64,000 bases of DNA, from positions 9,672,001 to 9,736,000 of the forward strand of contig OZ004613.1 in NCBI GenBank assembly GCA_963924565.1, given 5' to 3'. This DNA comes from Ascidiella aspersa (taxonomy: Eukaryota). Shown one piece after another: positions 13,101-28,100 of the stretch. Positions within the stretch are counted from its first letter, which is position 1; every line of letters begins with the position of its first letter. Under the pieces are notes generated by a model. It saw only the letters and a program-made list of their open reading frames with translations, searched no databases and was not told the origin of the DNA. The translations under genes and the position numbers were made by a program.

Positions 13101-16100
13101 AAGTTTCTCACGATTGGCATCCAACAAACATCTACGGCAAAAAACTATGAATGTCTTTAGTTTAATAAACCCGGGATCTGGGCTTGTCCCATTTCGTTAC
13201 CAAATGTCGTATTTTTGACTTGTTTGTGTGGCTTATTGTCATACCCACGAAGCACTGTAGAGTCTGCCTGACAGTCGTTGGGCTAATATACCATTATTTG
13301 TGGAATATTTTTGACTGATTTATCAATATTAGGCTAAAAACTCGAAAAAAAATAGTGAGCCTTACAGACTACGGTCTTTAGTCTTCAGGTTTAAATTTCC
13401 TGCAAATGGCGCCCGACATGATTTTGGTGGAAAATTCTTAATGTATAATTCTTAATAAACCCGGTATCTGGGCTTGTCCCATTTCCCGTACCTTTTTGCG
13501 TTGCGTCACGGGCCACCCACTCACCCAGCAAATCGCGCGCACACGCACAAAGCCCACCAATGTTGCGAAAAATTCAAACCAAAACAATCGGTAAGCCGCG
13601 TGACGATTCGAGCATTCAAAGCGGCACGCCAGCCACGTTCGGGATTATTGCAAGAACAACCTTAACGCCTTTCTCCATGCTTTGAGCTGTTTAATGAAAA
13701 AACGGTATAGTATATGACTTGGGTTTTATAATGCCTTTTGTCCTATAATGCTTTGGATTTATTGGCTTTCACCTTTTTCCGTGGCATGTATATGGACAAA
13801 ATAAAATTGACAAAAATATTTTTTCAAATTAATGTAATACCGTTTAGCCAGTTGCTTCCTAACTATGGCTTTAAATGACACCCTCTGAAAAATATGAATA
13901 AATTTCTGTACCTTGCTAGATTAATTGCTAAACGGCATACTCTAATGTCACAATAAATCAAATTAAAACAACACACAACAACTGTGCGCAATGTATTGAA
14001 AAGTACTTTTTAAATGAAATTATTCTACCCGTATAATCGTACACCAAATATTCGTATCGAGAGCGAAATTTAGAATATCTTCGCACACCCGAACATTATA
14101 AACAACCATGAGAACTGCTGAGGTAAGGCTTTACGGGTATTCTTTTGGGTGAAACAATCTTTCTCATCTTGCCCTATCAACCGGGACTTGACCTTTTCGT
14201 AAAGTCAGAGGTGCGCGTGAGGGAATTGCGGTTGAGATTCGAGGACCCTTATTGCAGCCAAGTGCTTACTCGTGCCTTATCTATGGACCAAGGGTCAAAT
14301 CGTTAAAATGGGTGCCACCCGTCAAGCCATCGAATAGCCTCTTATACGCCTGGAGATAAAGGGTTTGAAGTCCCTTGTAATCTATACACACTCGAAGATG
14401 TAGTTCAGTATAGTTCATTCAGTGGCGGACAGAATTCGTGTTGTTTACCACCGAATCGGTACAACGACTATGTAACTTGTGGAGAACTCGAATTGCAAGC
14501 GAACAATGGTTCTGGGTTTTGCGGGCGCCATTGTAGCGATTTACTGGGGCGGGGGTCGGTGTTAGATTTACAGGCCGATCACGAACTGTCGTCATGTGTA
14601 AAGGTTTGGAGACTTTGACCTCCAGCTGAACCTTTCATAACTTGAAAAATCGCTGGAAAACGGATGAACATCTTGTAAAAACGCCGTTTTTAGGCTGTGC
14701 AGATTTTACGATATGTTTTAAAACACAACACCGTAAAGAACTCAATGTATATTTTTCCAGAAGAAAAAAACAAGGAAATTAGATTGGTTTGAGGCTTTAG
14801 TTAAACGAAGTAAATACCAAATCCCGTTTTAAAGTAGGTTTAACCACGTTGAAAATGAATAATGAGATATTCAAAACGTTCAAATTGCTATACCTTTACA
14901 TCTATATGAGCTTTGAGATTTTAACTTGTTTGGGTATATACGCAGTGACGTTTGACAAAATCATTCATTGTTTTTCTCCAGGAATGTTGCCCTTAAAACC
15001 ACAGGGCGAAAATAAAGAAGGCCCGGTTATTTCTACCCCGCCTTATGTCGAATTACAAACTGGGAGCAGCGTTACCATCCCTATGCCTTCATTGTGCCCT
15101 TCGGATAAATAATAACATATTTATTGCCCCCCACCCCATCCCCTTAAAAAAATCTTGTGATACAAATTATTCGTGGCTCCTTTTCTACCCATTACAAAAA
15201 GGTTTGCGTTTCAAATTGCGGCATAAGTTTACAAGCGCCGCTAATGAACAATCAAATATTTGTTTCGCAAAGCGCTTGACCGCAAAGTCAAGTGACGTTT
15301 TACCCGTTGTTTGGGATCTATGCAAAATGTAACGCTATAATACAACACAGCATTACGATAGTCTTTCATGATACGTCAGCATGTTAGATACAATATTACG
15401 AAATGAGCATTCTACGCTATCAGTTATCACTGTTTTCAAATCGCTTGATTTGGATTGCCTAACTTTATAAGTGGGCCAAGGCGACGATTAAGCAGAGAAC
15501 AACAGAACACTGCTGGACATTCAGGACCTATTTAGACTAGTCTTTAAAAGAGCCCTGTCCACTTGCAGAGAAATTCATTCATTTTATCATTGTTAGTGTC
15601 GATAAGTTATTCCGATTTCTGGACCGATTTCCGATTTCTAAACTGACATTCGGCACGGATTCGGCGTAGATACAACTGTAAAAAACAAAACGCCACAAAC
15701 AAACAATTTAACTGGATTTCAGATTGCTCCGCCACACTACCAAACAACATAAATTACGGAGTGACGACCAAGTTAACTCTATTCTTTCCCACAGATTGCT
15801 CGTTGAGCTCCAGCTCGGCGCTGGACAAGGTGACCAAGCTCTGCCACAAGAGGCAGCGTTGCGCAGTGAGTTTGGGCCAGAACTCTTGCGCCAACTTTAT
15901 GCACCTCGATTACGCCTGCAGTAAGTAGAATGCTCGTCTGTATTCTTGCGCTTGTAGGTGCAAAAGCGATGCAAATCGAATTGAAATATGGTGTTTAAGA
16001 GACAAATTGGTATTCGTACCCGGTTGCGAGCGGATAAAATTGTAATTAAGTGAGAGAAAATGTTTTTCGTACAACGAATTCTGTATTCGCAGGTTTTAAG

Positions 16101-19100
16101 AAAACAGCCTGACATCCTTGATTGATTAATGCCGAGTGTTATTTTGCCAAGTGTTCTTATGAATTGGAATTGCTATCAAAATACCGATAGTGTTCGTGAG
16201 TTTGGTAATGTCGTCGATAGTGTTTGGTCTATTTGTTGGCTATTTCGTTTTTCAGCAATTTTTTTCGTAACCCAATAGTTCAGACACCTAAAAGTAACCC
16301 GATATATCTTCCAGTAGACTTTCTCCTTAGACCAATCGTTTATTGACCGCAGTCTAACCAACTTACACGACAGACCATTGCCGTAAACAGTTCATTTGTA
16401 AAAGGGGGCGACGCCGGAATAGTTCAACCGTTTTTCAAACGGCGATAGAAGTGGTCAGTCCATACTCACTGTGTGGTCCACCACCCCAAGACTCAAAGCA
16501 ATCAAAGGGGCGGCGCACAATGCCTAAATGGCCGAGTTCGTTTGCCGGTCTTATGTACTATAAGTATCGCGTTACAGCTAACCGGTTATATTGGCCGCCA
16601 GAGATTAGATTAAAGCCAGGTTTGTCGAGCACTGGGCTTTTTACTTGGTTGTTTAGTGGAGGTGATGACAGCTCTTTTAAAATAGCTTAAGGGTAGCTTT
16701 TTTTGAGTAGTTATGGAGTACCCAATGGACCGCTACACATCCGAAGTGATTTTTGCAGATCTCTGACACAGTCATAGAGCGAACCATAAACCAACTGTCC
16801 CATTTTGCGTGTTTTCTGTGCAGCTAATAACACCGTTGGTTAAATAGCTTAGGGTGGCGTCTTTTTAAATGGCTATGAAATAGATTTTTGAAATGAGCTT
16901 TTTACAAGAGGTTAAGGGCTCTAAGGAATACAGGGCCTAAACTGCTTTCGGGTATGGTAAAAGGTGATGTTTTTAAGTAGTTTTATAGATGTCAAAAAGT
17001 TGTTGACAGTGCAAAACAGAAGTTGTTAGTTAGTGTCAGTATGCTTTAGTGTTTTTTCGCGCTTAATGCGCTTTTATAAGACCTGTAAATGCGTACAACA
17101 TATCGTGATTAGTTGGATTTGAAAAGTCTATATTTGGCTGTATTTCTATACTCTTCCATTAATCGCTAGTGTTGATACGAAATTGGCTGAAAATACCAGG
17201 TATAGCCAACTATAAGAAACACAGACCCTTAGGTGTACGAGGTTACTTCTTACGCGCATTTTCTCTCACACACACACGCACTCGCGCTCTGACGCATGCA
17301 CACACGCGGGTACATCCCTTCTCTTATCAAAACTTTTATCGCCTTTGGAACGAGTCGTCCGTAGAAATGCTTTCCGCTGCTGAGTAAATATTTACCCCCT
17401 TAATCGCCGGCGCGCATGCGCAGAAGAGTTCTACGCAGAGAGTTGCATATTTTGAAAAAGGGCTGGATGGTTTTGTAGTTGCTTACTTAAAAGCTAGTAA
17501 AGTTGAGCTGGCTATTTGTAAGGTGTATGATCATTTAGATTTACCGTACGGATTTTCATGCGATTTGTTGCCTTGTAAGTGTTTTTTACTCGGAATGACA
17601 TCATAACCAAATTCAAAAGGTGTTTTCCACGAAAAAAATTGGAATCGGATTTTTGACTTGGTCTGGGACTATTTGCAGCGACCTTTTTGACAAAAAACCC
17701 GACAGTTTTCATTTCTCCTGTTATTTTGCCGTCACTCCCGAGTTGCCTAATGCGTTTTAAAGTGGCGCGCAAAAGTCCCAGGTGTGGTCAAATTAAGGAT
17801 GACCGACTTTTTGGCGTGCTCCTGCCCAAAATCGCCACCTGTCGCACTACAAACGCCTGGATATCGAGGTTTTATGGGCAGAATTCGAGTTAAACCTTAA
17901 CCCGGGATTAGCATTGACTTTGCAGCCAGGTTTGCGCTTGCCGCTTTTTTATTTTTCCCTATATCAACGACGTATACCGCAATGTAAATAACAGCATTTT
18001 ATTGCTTCCGTGAAACGATTTGAAAAGCGCAAATTCCGCTCGTTAACCAGTGAGCTGCGACAAACAGAAGAGGCGTTGTTTTTATTATAAGGTACACTAT
18101 GCACGGATGTGTAATGCAGCTCGATAATGAATCTCAAAGCCAGAAAGGTCGAGTAGATCGACATCATCTTCATTACGACCTTTCGATACGATCTTGTATT
18201 ATCAGTTAATGTGAAACTATCTGAACTTTATCTTGTTTGCCGAAACAGGAAAGTAAAACAGCTACAATTGTACAAACCGACGTCTTGTGGTTTAACCATT
18301 TGCTACTAAGGAAGTTGTTGTATTTTTTAGTCTAAGCACAGAAAGCAATCACAAGACTGAAGTCTGGGAGGAAATATTTTTTGAACTACGTTTTAACTGT
18401 TTTCGTTGAATTACTCTTTAACCTTAATGTCAAATTATGTTTTAGGGCTTGTCTATAAGTTTGTTAGACATACAGAGTTTTGTATAGCTATATTCAGGTT
18501 AGGGCATATGCTGTAAAAACTTTTCTAGATCCTAGCGAATATCGATCGTCTAAGGATGGTGATTTTGCAAAAGACTCGGTCTTAAGCCGAGGCAATTTAG
18601 TGAAAGACGTGTAGCATGTTATTGTCTGTAGGCCACAAAACGACAATTCGGTCTTGCCTATTTCGCTATGAACAGTATATCATTATCTCAAAAGCCTGTT
18701 TAAACGGTCGCTAGATCGCCATTTCGATCGACCGCGCCTGTAAACCGCTTTGCTTAATCCGCAACTGTGTCGTGTGGCGTACGACACCGCACAAAGGCCA
18801 TTGTCGCGTCACAGAATGCGATTGTAATCGGCGAATATATAGCAGAGAGTCGCCGGCTAAGGAGCTACATTCGCGGCCCGCACCTGTTGTGTACAGGAAC
18901 AATGACCTAAACGTCCCGGGACGCCCCGTTGGGCCCATTGTACCCCCAAAGTGGCGTGACGCTATTTGCTGGGGCCGGAAACGCACCGAGAACTTGTCGG
19001 AAAGCTGAAAGGCAGAACGCGCTCTTCGATTTTAAGACGCCGTGAAATTGGGCAGATCTCTAGAATTGTGTTTAGGTCATTTTTAACTGTAAGGCCAAGT

Positions 19101-22100
19101 CGTTAACGAAATCAATTTGGTGCGTGAAGTCATTTTTAGGGTAAAAATATTTCGCCAAGTTGCTCTTACTGCAACTAAACTTAAATATTTGTTTTTAAAG
19201 CGATAAATTTTCTATATTTCGTTTATTTTACTTCAAGAGTTGAATACTGCGACATGAAACTAATAAAATTTACAGCATTTGATTACAGAAAATCTTCTCA
19301 TTTTTTCTGAAGTCTGTACCCCTTTAACCGAATACCTTTACGCCTTTGTTTAAAATTGATTTAGATGTGCACTGCACTTAAGGTGTTGATTTAGCACTAG
19401 GTATTTAAGCATTAGGATTAGCTGTTGGTTGCTGGAGTTAATAGGACCTACGCGAATTTGCGCCAAAATGCTATTTTTGCCCCGACGCAGCTAGATTTGC
19501 CTTTAGAATAACTTTAACAATCAGAGAGCAATTCAAAGCTGGCATCGAAACGATACCGGCAATACACAGCTGTGTATCTCGCGAGTGAAAAAAAATCGCT
19601 TGAAACGAGCAATTTCCTTGGGTCGTGGCAGCGATATATCGTTTGACTCGATCACGCACAAGTAATATGTACAGGAGATATGGGAAAGCGGCAACCAAGA
19701 AACGTACACTTCCGCTGCAAGCCAGACCCCACACCTATATGGGAATGGCGCCCAACTGTTTAGAGTGGCGCTGAATTAGGGGTGCTCGTGTCTTCCAGTC
19801 CCCCCAACCCCCTTTACGCTCCATGTACCCCTGTAACCCGGCGATATACGCGCCAAAAACCTGGGTTCCTGTTATCGATATTCGGTCGGGCTCTCGATTT
19901 CCCGCCCTATAAACCGGCCTAATCTGTCCGGCTTTTGCGTAACCCGTGTGCGTTTGGCCTTTTGCCCTCACGCGAAAACTCGATATTTTTGCTGCGTTTT
20001 TCCGAGGAAATGTAGACTGTCGCCGTGAGAGTACTGCCGCGCTTTCGCGTTTGCGGAAATTGTTTCTGCTAAGAAAAAAAAACAGGTCACGGTTTGCGTT
20101 TGAGGAAACTTAGGTTTGGTCGACATAAACCAGGTGGAACTATTGGAGTGCTATACGACATTTTGGTGTTTTAGATGAGCATTTGATTCGTTTTGACAAT
20201 GCGCGGTATTTTGGTATAATATATCAAATCCTATGCATACAGAAATTAAAGTTTTTATGTAAAAGTCAGTGTTTTTCAAACGTTTTACGCATCGATCGAA
20301 ATGCTAGTCAGTTCGAATTAATGCTTGACGCGTCTTCATATTGCTTTGCAATCGTATAAAATTTATAATAAAAATATAGCTTAAAACTAATCAACAAATG
20401 TAAACAATCAAATTTCTGCAATCTGCGACCCAATTTTAATTGCTGTCCATATATTGAAAGATTCTCACATAAGCTATGTCCAACGCTCTGCAGTCTGCAC
20501 CATAATGGTTTAAGGTTATTTGCCTCGTAATTAGACGTAGAACAATTGTCAAACCAATATGGGCAGAAATCGAATAAAGGATAACGTTGTTTTAAATGTT
20601 CGAATACATCTTTATTTATTTTCGACATACTTTTCGCATTGGCTTGAAATTTTCGCTACATTTAACAACGCCAGGCTTTGAACTTTCGTCAGGCTTTGAA
20701 CGACTTGTAATGTTAACAATAAGGTCGCCAGGGCAAGATAATCCGCCCACACGAAAGCCAAGCTCCCGACAAACAAACAACAGCAAACGCGTCGTTTTCC
20801 ACGTTGTCCGTCCTGCCCAGCACAGCTGTGCGCGAAAAAAGGGAAGCTCTGCCATTTGCGCGACACACCGAGCATTGGACGTAAGCGCGTGCGACATCGG
20901 CCGCTCAATTACACCGCGCAATCGTGGAGCGTTTTGCGAGACCAATTTCGCGTTTTCGTCCGATAAAAAAGAAAGCCGAAAAACGAGAGAGTATCGCGTG
21001 CGCGGAAAGGAAAAAGGCGCCGGTTTGAAACGAGAGAAAGGCCAATAACCGGCGAGCGATGGCCGGCTTATTTGCTTTGGCCAGAGCGACAGAAAAGAGA
21101 ATGGGGAGAGAGTGTTTTATTGCAGATGGCAGTTTTCGTTACCTGGGCACTGGGTATTTGGGTAAGGACGATTTGCAGTACGGGCAGCGACCTTTTTTGT
21201 AGTGCGCTAAGGCGACACGGCGGAAAATTCAGGCCGGAATTGCCAGCACAGGAAAGACTTTTCAGCTTCCTATGTGGCGGTTTCTATTCAGAAAGGTTTG
21301 CGAATTACTTGTGGGGTGTTTGTTACGCTGTATTTGGATAATAATCCACTGTTTCAGTTTATACAGCACAGCTATTATTTGATTCTCTTTCAAAGCAATT
21401 AATATTCGAGCCTCGGCGTAAATGCAGTTATACAATATACAGGTAAAACCATACTTCGCTTCTCTTTGAAAACAAAAGTACGAGACTGTTGTTTTTGCAG
21501 CTTAACGTCTCGCCACTTGAGATATGCGCCAGCGAAGCGATGATCGACAGGCAGGAACAGTAGGTTTGGGGTCCTGCTTAAACCATATTTATTTCTAGTA
21601 AATGACTTTTGCTTTGAGAAATGCGCCGAAATGTTTGAAATTTGAAAGCTTAGTCCAAATTAGGGAAAACTCCGCTTGGATAGAAATTGTCCGATATGTT
21701 TTCTGTACAGGGCATAAATAGATGAAGTTATTGCAAAATTGTTTTGTTTTTGATTGATAAAAATTGGAGTGTTGGATAGACATACCTATGTATCGAAAAA
21801 AGAGTTGTTTTAACGTTTGAAGCTGATATTGAATCGTGCTTTTGCATAGCAACATTGGCCCTTAGTGGTACTTCATTGCGATGTCAGCAATTTAACAAAG
21901 GGCATCAATTATGCAAAATTTCCGTCTGTCGACATCGCTCTATTCATTTTTGCGTAGATTCGTATGGCGCGAGCACGTTTCCAACCTAATTGGCATCAAA
22001 ACCCGATAATCTATATTCCATGTTCGCCTTCCCACCATTTCTCATTCGTACCGCCAAATCAATAGTTGCGCCGCTATTATATTGGCTTTTCAAGTGTACA

Positions 22101-25100
22101 GCAACGGGTCTTACAGGCGTATCCCAGATGCTGGCATAAAAGCGAAAACGAGAGTGGTCATTTGTCTTTGGCGTTTCTCACGCACGCAAAGGAAACAGTT
22201 CCCAGGTCTACGATTAGTTTCAAAAGCACCGTTTGGCGCGTTTGTGCGTGTAAACAGGATAATCTCCCGCTGTCCTTTTCAGCGCAAAGTTAACTTGACG
22301 GGATGACACTCAAGCAGACAGACTGTCCTCGAAATCAAAGGGAAAACCGCCGCACGAAAGTCGAGGCTTTTTTAGGGTGGACAGCAACCAGTCATTACGT
22401 CAGCTTATAACGCTACACGTTACATGTTTGGTTCTTTTTAGGTTTAGGGTCAAACGGTCTTTTTAACGATGACGATTTAAAGTTTTTAAACGGTAACAAG
22501 GCGCCCACGCTCTCTCGGTAGCAAATTATGACGTAACAATGCCACTAAGCGGTTCGCATCGTTCAAATTGAGCGCGTACAGCTCGCCAGGGACTTTCAAC
22601 CAGCGCTTTAGTTTGGCAATAATTAGGCAAAACCCGTATGTATCGGATTTCGCCAGCGACAAGCTTGGAGCTATAGTTGTGTTGTGCGTCGGCCATTAGC
22701 GGCGATAATTGGCGATGTCAGAGAAAACACTGTCTCCCAGTCGTGACCTGATCTGCTCGGCTTAGCGGTCAGGGCGAACACATGTTCCCACGGGTGTTTT
22801 GGTGCCACTCGAGGCCAATACTCCCGCGTATGCCGGAAAGGCAGTTCCCGGCAAGGCCAATAATCGACTCCTGTTAAGGAAATTGCATTGCAGTCGAGCG
22901 AATGTCGATATTGCCCCGTGCATTGGCAAGCGTGCAACGGCCTCTTTTTTGTGTGGGAACACACCGCTTGTGACGTAACACCGAGTTATGAAGTCACAAT
23001 TGGGGTGAGCGTCGTTTAAACTCTCAGCATAAAAGTGAATTATGGGCAACATAAATGCATCATTTGGTATCATTTTTAAACCAACAAAAATAACTATGGA
23101 AATGTCGCTCAGTAATACAAGCGTCCATTGCTGCAACTATTATATTAATGACTTACGTTTATTCAAGGCACTAGGCAGTATTTTCACTTGATTTTACTTG
23201 ACTTGTATTTAATAGAAATATTTGGCTTTAGTGTTCTAGAAAAATATCTTGGACTTCGGTTATTTTGCAAATGAATTTGTACTTACAGATTAATTTTAAA
23301 ACGGCTTGTTTACAACACTGACTGCAACCGCCTAAATTTTTGTTTTTAAGCCATCGAAAATAGGAGAACCGCCTGTCTTTTGTGTCCTAACACGCCTACA
23401 AGCTTCGTCATGCATGCTTCATGCCTGTACGCCGAGAGAATGCTTTGTGCAGTGACAAACGATCCCGTGCAGTCAAATTCCTGACTTGGCGGCGCCTCGA
23501 CCGTATATCCGGGCCCGACAAGAGCACCCTTGTCACCCCGCCGTCGTAAGCCGTTGATGTTCAGGCCAGATTGGGCGAAAAGTCCGTCTCGAATGGCGTC
23601 CGCCGCCCGACGGCGGAACGGCGCTTACGTAATGCGCGAAAATAGCCGGAAAACGGCGTTTTTTCCTCTTTCTCGGCGGCTCGCCAAGTCGCCCTTGAAC
23701 ATGTTTTTTTTGACGGACAATCTTTTGGCGTTTTTTTCTGGTGCGCCTGTCCATTACGTTGTTTACCGTATACTTACCGTAAGAGCGCACTGACTGTTTT
23801 TGAGAGGGACAGTTCTAGATGGCATGATGACGTCACTCACTTTTTACGCTTTGCAAATTAGTTTCTGTATAACAAGCACAAAAAACAAGTCATAGCGTTA
23901 CTATAGTGTTAGCAACATCCATTTGACTCACAATTTACGTATTCTCTTAATTGCTGAAATTAATTCGCCTAGTGAAAATATAGTGCAGCAACTTTTACTG
24001 TTTGAATCAAAAAGTTAGTTTCTCGCCTCGGCGTGTGTAATACCTAAAGCTTCGCCGTAAGACGTCGAAAGTTTTGACTGCAATCACCATAAAAACCCAG
24101 GATTGTAGCTGCCACCTCAATGGCTTTTGTCATGTTGCCGTTTTACGACCTATAAAAGTGAAATTTTGTTAACAACTATTTTCAACCCTAATTAAGAAGG
24201 GGCCTGGTAGGCTTTGCGATCACGCAAATTAGTCTTATCTGGCACCGACAACAAAACTCTCACTTTGATGTTGTAAAGGGTTCGAGGCGCGTATACTTTA
24301 CAAGTGGCAATCGCAATTCCGAAGGCAAACATTTGCTTTCTCCCGTGCTGGGCGAACCCAGCATTAACCTCTTCCCACTTCCCATCAGCTCAGAAAATAT
24401 TCGACCGACAAAAACACTCGGAGACGGCGACTTATCCGTCCTTGACACGGTCGCACCGCAAAGAATGCAGCGGCTGATTAAACGGCGGCATATTGGACGA
24501 TAAAACGTGCGCGGCGTTGCCTTGGGCTTCTACCGATCAGCTGCGTTTAATGGCAGCCGTTACCGTTTCCACTTTGCCTGGCAATGTACTTTCGCGCGAT
24601 CCGCCTACGGGACTCGTAATGTTCGGCCTTTATGCGCATCGCATCCGCCAAAACGACCTCGTATTTCAGTAGTTATTTTTTACGGAGCCGAGCGGTGAAA
24701 CAAAACGATTGCCAATTGGGCAGTTGTCGGTCCTCTTCTAAATCGCTGTTTTCGTTATACGGTAAAACGCTACGGTCCCACGCCGATATTCACAGGGCTG
24801 CGATGCTTGAGTTTGTCACAGCAAAAAAACGCCATATGCTGTTTAAGTATAGTCTATGCAGTTGAAGGTTGTTTTAATCAAGCAGGTTATTTTGATTCGC
24901 CATTCCCGCCCTTCAAACTGGCCCCGAAGGCAACAGGCGTTGTTGTAACTTTTATTGCTCAGTTATCAACCTTTACACAGCAGAATTGAATAGCAATGAG
25001 TTGCAGAATCTTCTAAGTCAGTGTTAAGGTGCATCTTTTCAGTTGTAGAAACCCTAGGAGATGATTAATTAGTTGGTATTAATGGGATTTTAATTCGGAT

Positions 25101-28100
25101 TTACGTTTCAGGGTATAAGGTAGCTAGAAAATTTCACACATCTGTGCTAAAAATTGTATAGTTTTTTAGTTTTGTCAGGTGTTTAACGTTGTGGAATTGA
25201 TCACACGTGGTTGGTTCGATTCCTAATTGCCCAAGACCGATTTATGTCTTTTTGCAGCGCCAATTTTTCAACCTATACGCCCGCCAAGGTTTTCGGTGAT
25301 ATTTGTTGCGTAAAACGCTCGACCTTCCAAATACACAATTCAGGAGTAGGTTTTGACTTATAAATCGTGAGCCGTAACGTCAGACACAGTTTCTTGTGTA
25401 AACGCCTGACAGCGGCGCCGGGACTCATCGCGTTTTTTAACGGCGTTCGAGCGCGCCTCATGTAGCCTGGGCGTTGATTTACCGGCGGCGCGAATCGTGA
25501 AAACACGCGCGCAAACACTTGCGCCTGACCAACAGGCAGAACATCGTGGATTTCAAAATTGACTTAGCTCTAACAGGAAACATATCAGTAGATAGAGGAA
25601 TCAGATGGCACTGTATAAAGACAAATTGTACTGAGTTGTCGACAAGCTTTCGCACAACGGTGCTTCATCAGGTCAAAGTAATAAAAAAACGGCATAAATA
25701 TACAAATACGACCATTTATAAGTGGATACAAATCGCTCTTCTGATGTAAACGAAGTATAAACCGACGTTTAGGCGTCGTGTAAAAAACTGCAAATTGTGT
25801 TAAAAATTGATGTCCAAAAAATGCATTTTGGTTTCATGATCCCAAATTATTGTCAAACACTCCACTGCTGTGTTCTGCACTGTTCTAAACTCATTTTTTT
25901 TCAAGCTTGATATTCGTGAGTGGACATTTAATTCTATGTGAGATAAAAAAAAACATACACAGCATTACACCAGAAGAGCAAATTGTATCTATTGATCGTG
26001 AAGTCCGTTTTCGTCCTCGTCTTACGGCGTTATTTGGCGGCGTTGAAAGATTTCGGCGGGGTCCCGTTCGGTCCGTTTCGCCCCTTAAGCACGACCTGTC
26101 AGATTCACAGCGCTTGGGGATAACGCGTCTAGCTGCGCTATCGACAGATCGCAATTGTGCTTCAAGGAGGCGACGCAACTGGCCAAAATTTTTTTTTGTT
26201 TGCTTGTTGAAACTGTTTCGCTGGTTTGCAAAACGGTGTTTTTTTTTCAAATAAACGTATTTGTGTATAGTGGGTGTATATTCGCGTAGCATCCTTCGGC
26301 AAATCGTGCCTTGTTTAGTTGCGATGTTACAATTCTAGTCAATGCTGGCAAAACAAACTTGGTTTAATGATGGAGCCGATAGTGGATTGAATTTCATATT
26401 TCTTGTCGTTATTCAAGTTAGATTTTCGTTTTACGGTTAGTAAGTGATTTTTATGCTGGTTTTGCAGTGAATCACACAAACACAAGTTGTGTCACTTTTT
26501 TACGTGCAAAAGACACGAAAAAAAAATTTCTGTAAATTGTCAGCACAGCTTTTTAACCCCGTTATCTAGATATTTCAAGAAGTTAGTGATTGTGTTTGTA
26601 GCAGCTACCACTGGATTCGTGACTGCAAAGAAAATTGTCAGGCAGCACACTTTAACAGAAACAGCAAAAATCATTTGCGAAATAAGTAACGATTTGAATT
26701 TGGTTTGTTTACAGCTGCACGGTTAGGTGTAGCGAGCCTCGCGTATTAGGAACACAGTTTTAAAGCTTGCGTATAACTAGAGAAAATCAAACTGACACGT
26801 CGCGACAAGTCAAAACAACCAAGCCGAAAAGCGCTCGCCTATTATGAGCCACAAGCACGTGGCGGACGCACCAGCGGGGAAATAATTAACTGGATTATAA
26901 CAGCAACAAGGCCGATCAAGACGCGATGAGTCGCTGTTGTCAATGCAGCCCGATATTGCTGCTTCTATTGCTAGCCCATGGTGAGTATGGTCAGTGGTCA
27001 TAAGCGTGGCCAGGGGGCCATGTCCCCCCCTAAAAAAGAATAAATATTGTACTCTTAATAATTTGTTTTGTATCCTTTATGAGCAGTATAACCACAACAG
27101 TCGATCATAGGCATGCTGCACCTTCAATTGTAATGCACTGTTACGTCACAAACGATGTAGTTATTATTACACTTGCTATACTTATTGATGTTATTTTACT
27201 ACTTTTTAGTCATTTCGTTTTTGCTCTTGGAATGTTTTTTGAGTATTGCGTTAAAACTCAGTCAGTTGCTGCTTGAAACGGTTTGCTAGCATTGTTTAGT
27301 TGTGTTCGATACGGCAGTTCATACAATGGCAAAAAGCCAAACAAAATAAGTTCAAATTCCCACCTCAAAAAAACTGTCGGCTGGCCATTGAGTATGGTAA
27401 CTGACAGTCGTCTTCGTAGCAGAGCAGACAAGCCGCCGCGCCAGGTTTGTTGCCTAAAGGTTGTAAGCCGGCGATTAAGAGGCCGCCGGTCGAGGCTGTG
27501 TTTATTGCCGGCAACCTGGGCCGTTGTCATTCCGACGCCACTGTATGAATGCCCGCCCGACCGCAAATCGCCGGATTTTTTCGACCGGCGCACTTTTGAC
27601 CCTGTCTTGATTGAATGAAATGAGAATTTTGGGAAAATTCTTTTTTGCCCGCTTTTTCATTACTTAAGAGTTTTCTGGGTTTTTTTTACCAAGTTTTAGT
27701 GTTTTCTCAGTAATCGCGAGAGTCGGCGCCTTTTTGACCTTGTCTTGAAAAGATTTGGGGAAAATTTGGTTTTCTGTCCGCTTTTTTCATTAGTTTTGGG
27801 TTTTGCTGAGTTATTTTACCAATTTTGGTGTTTCCGCCGAACTTTGCTGGTTTTACCCACATTTTACAACATCATATTTCTGCTGAAAAAAAAAGAAATA
27901 CTTAAACATTATTTAGAATATGCTGTTTCGGATACAGAAACTGATTAACTTTGTGTTGTGATATGTTGAGTAATTGCCTTCACAAAAAATATTCAGCTCT
28001 AAATCATTGCAAATTTATGTAAAACGTTCTCCACCAAAAGCTCAATTAACGAAAGTAAAAAGGGGGAGAAAAAATCAATGCCTTAGAATAAAAAGTTATT

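Noticed and set aside
12938-13486. CRISPR-like or satellite array
   Set aside because: Only two diverged units, no repeat-spacer structure, and the context is eukaryotic.
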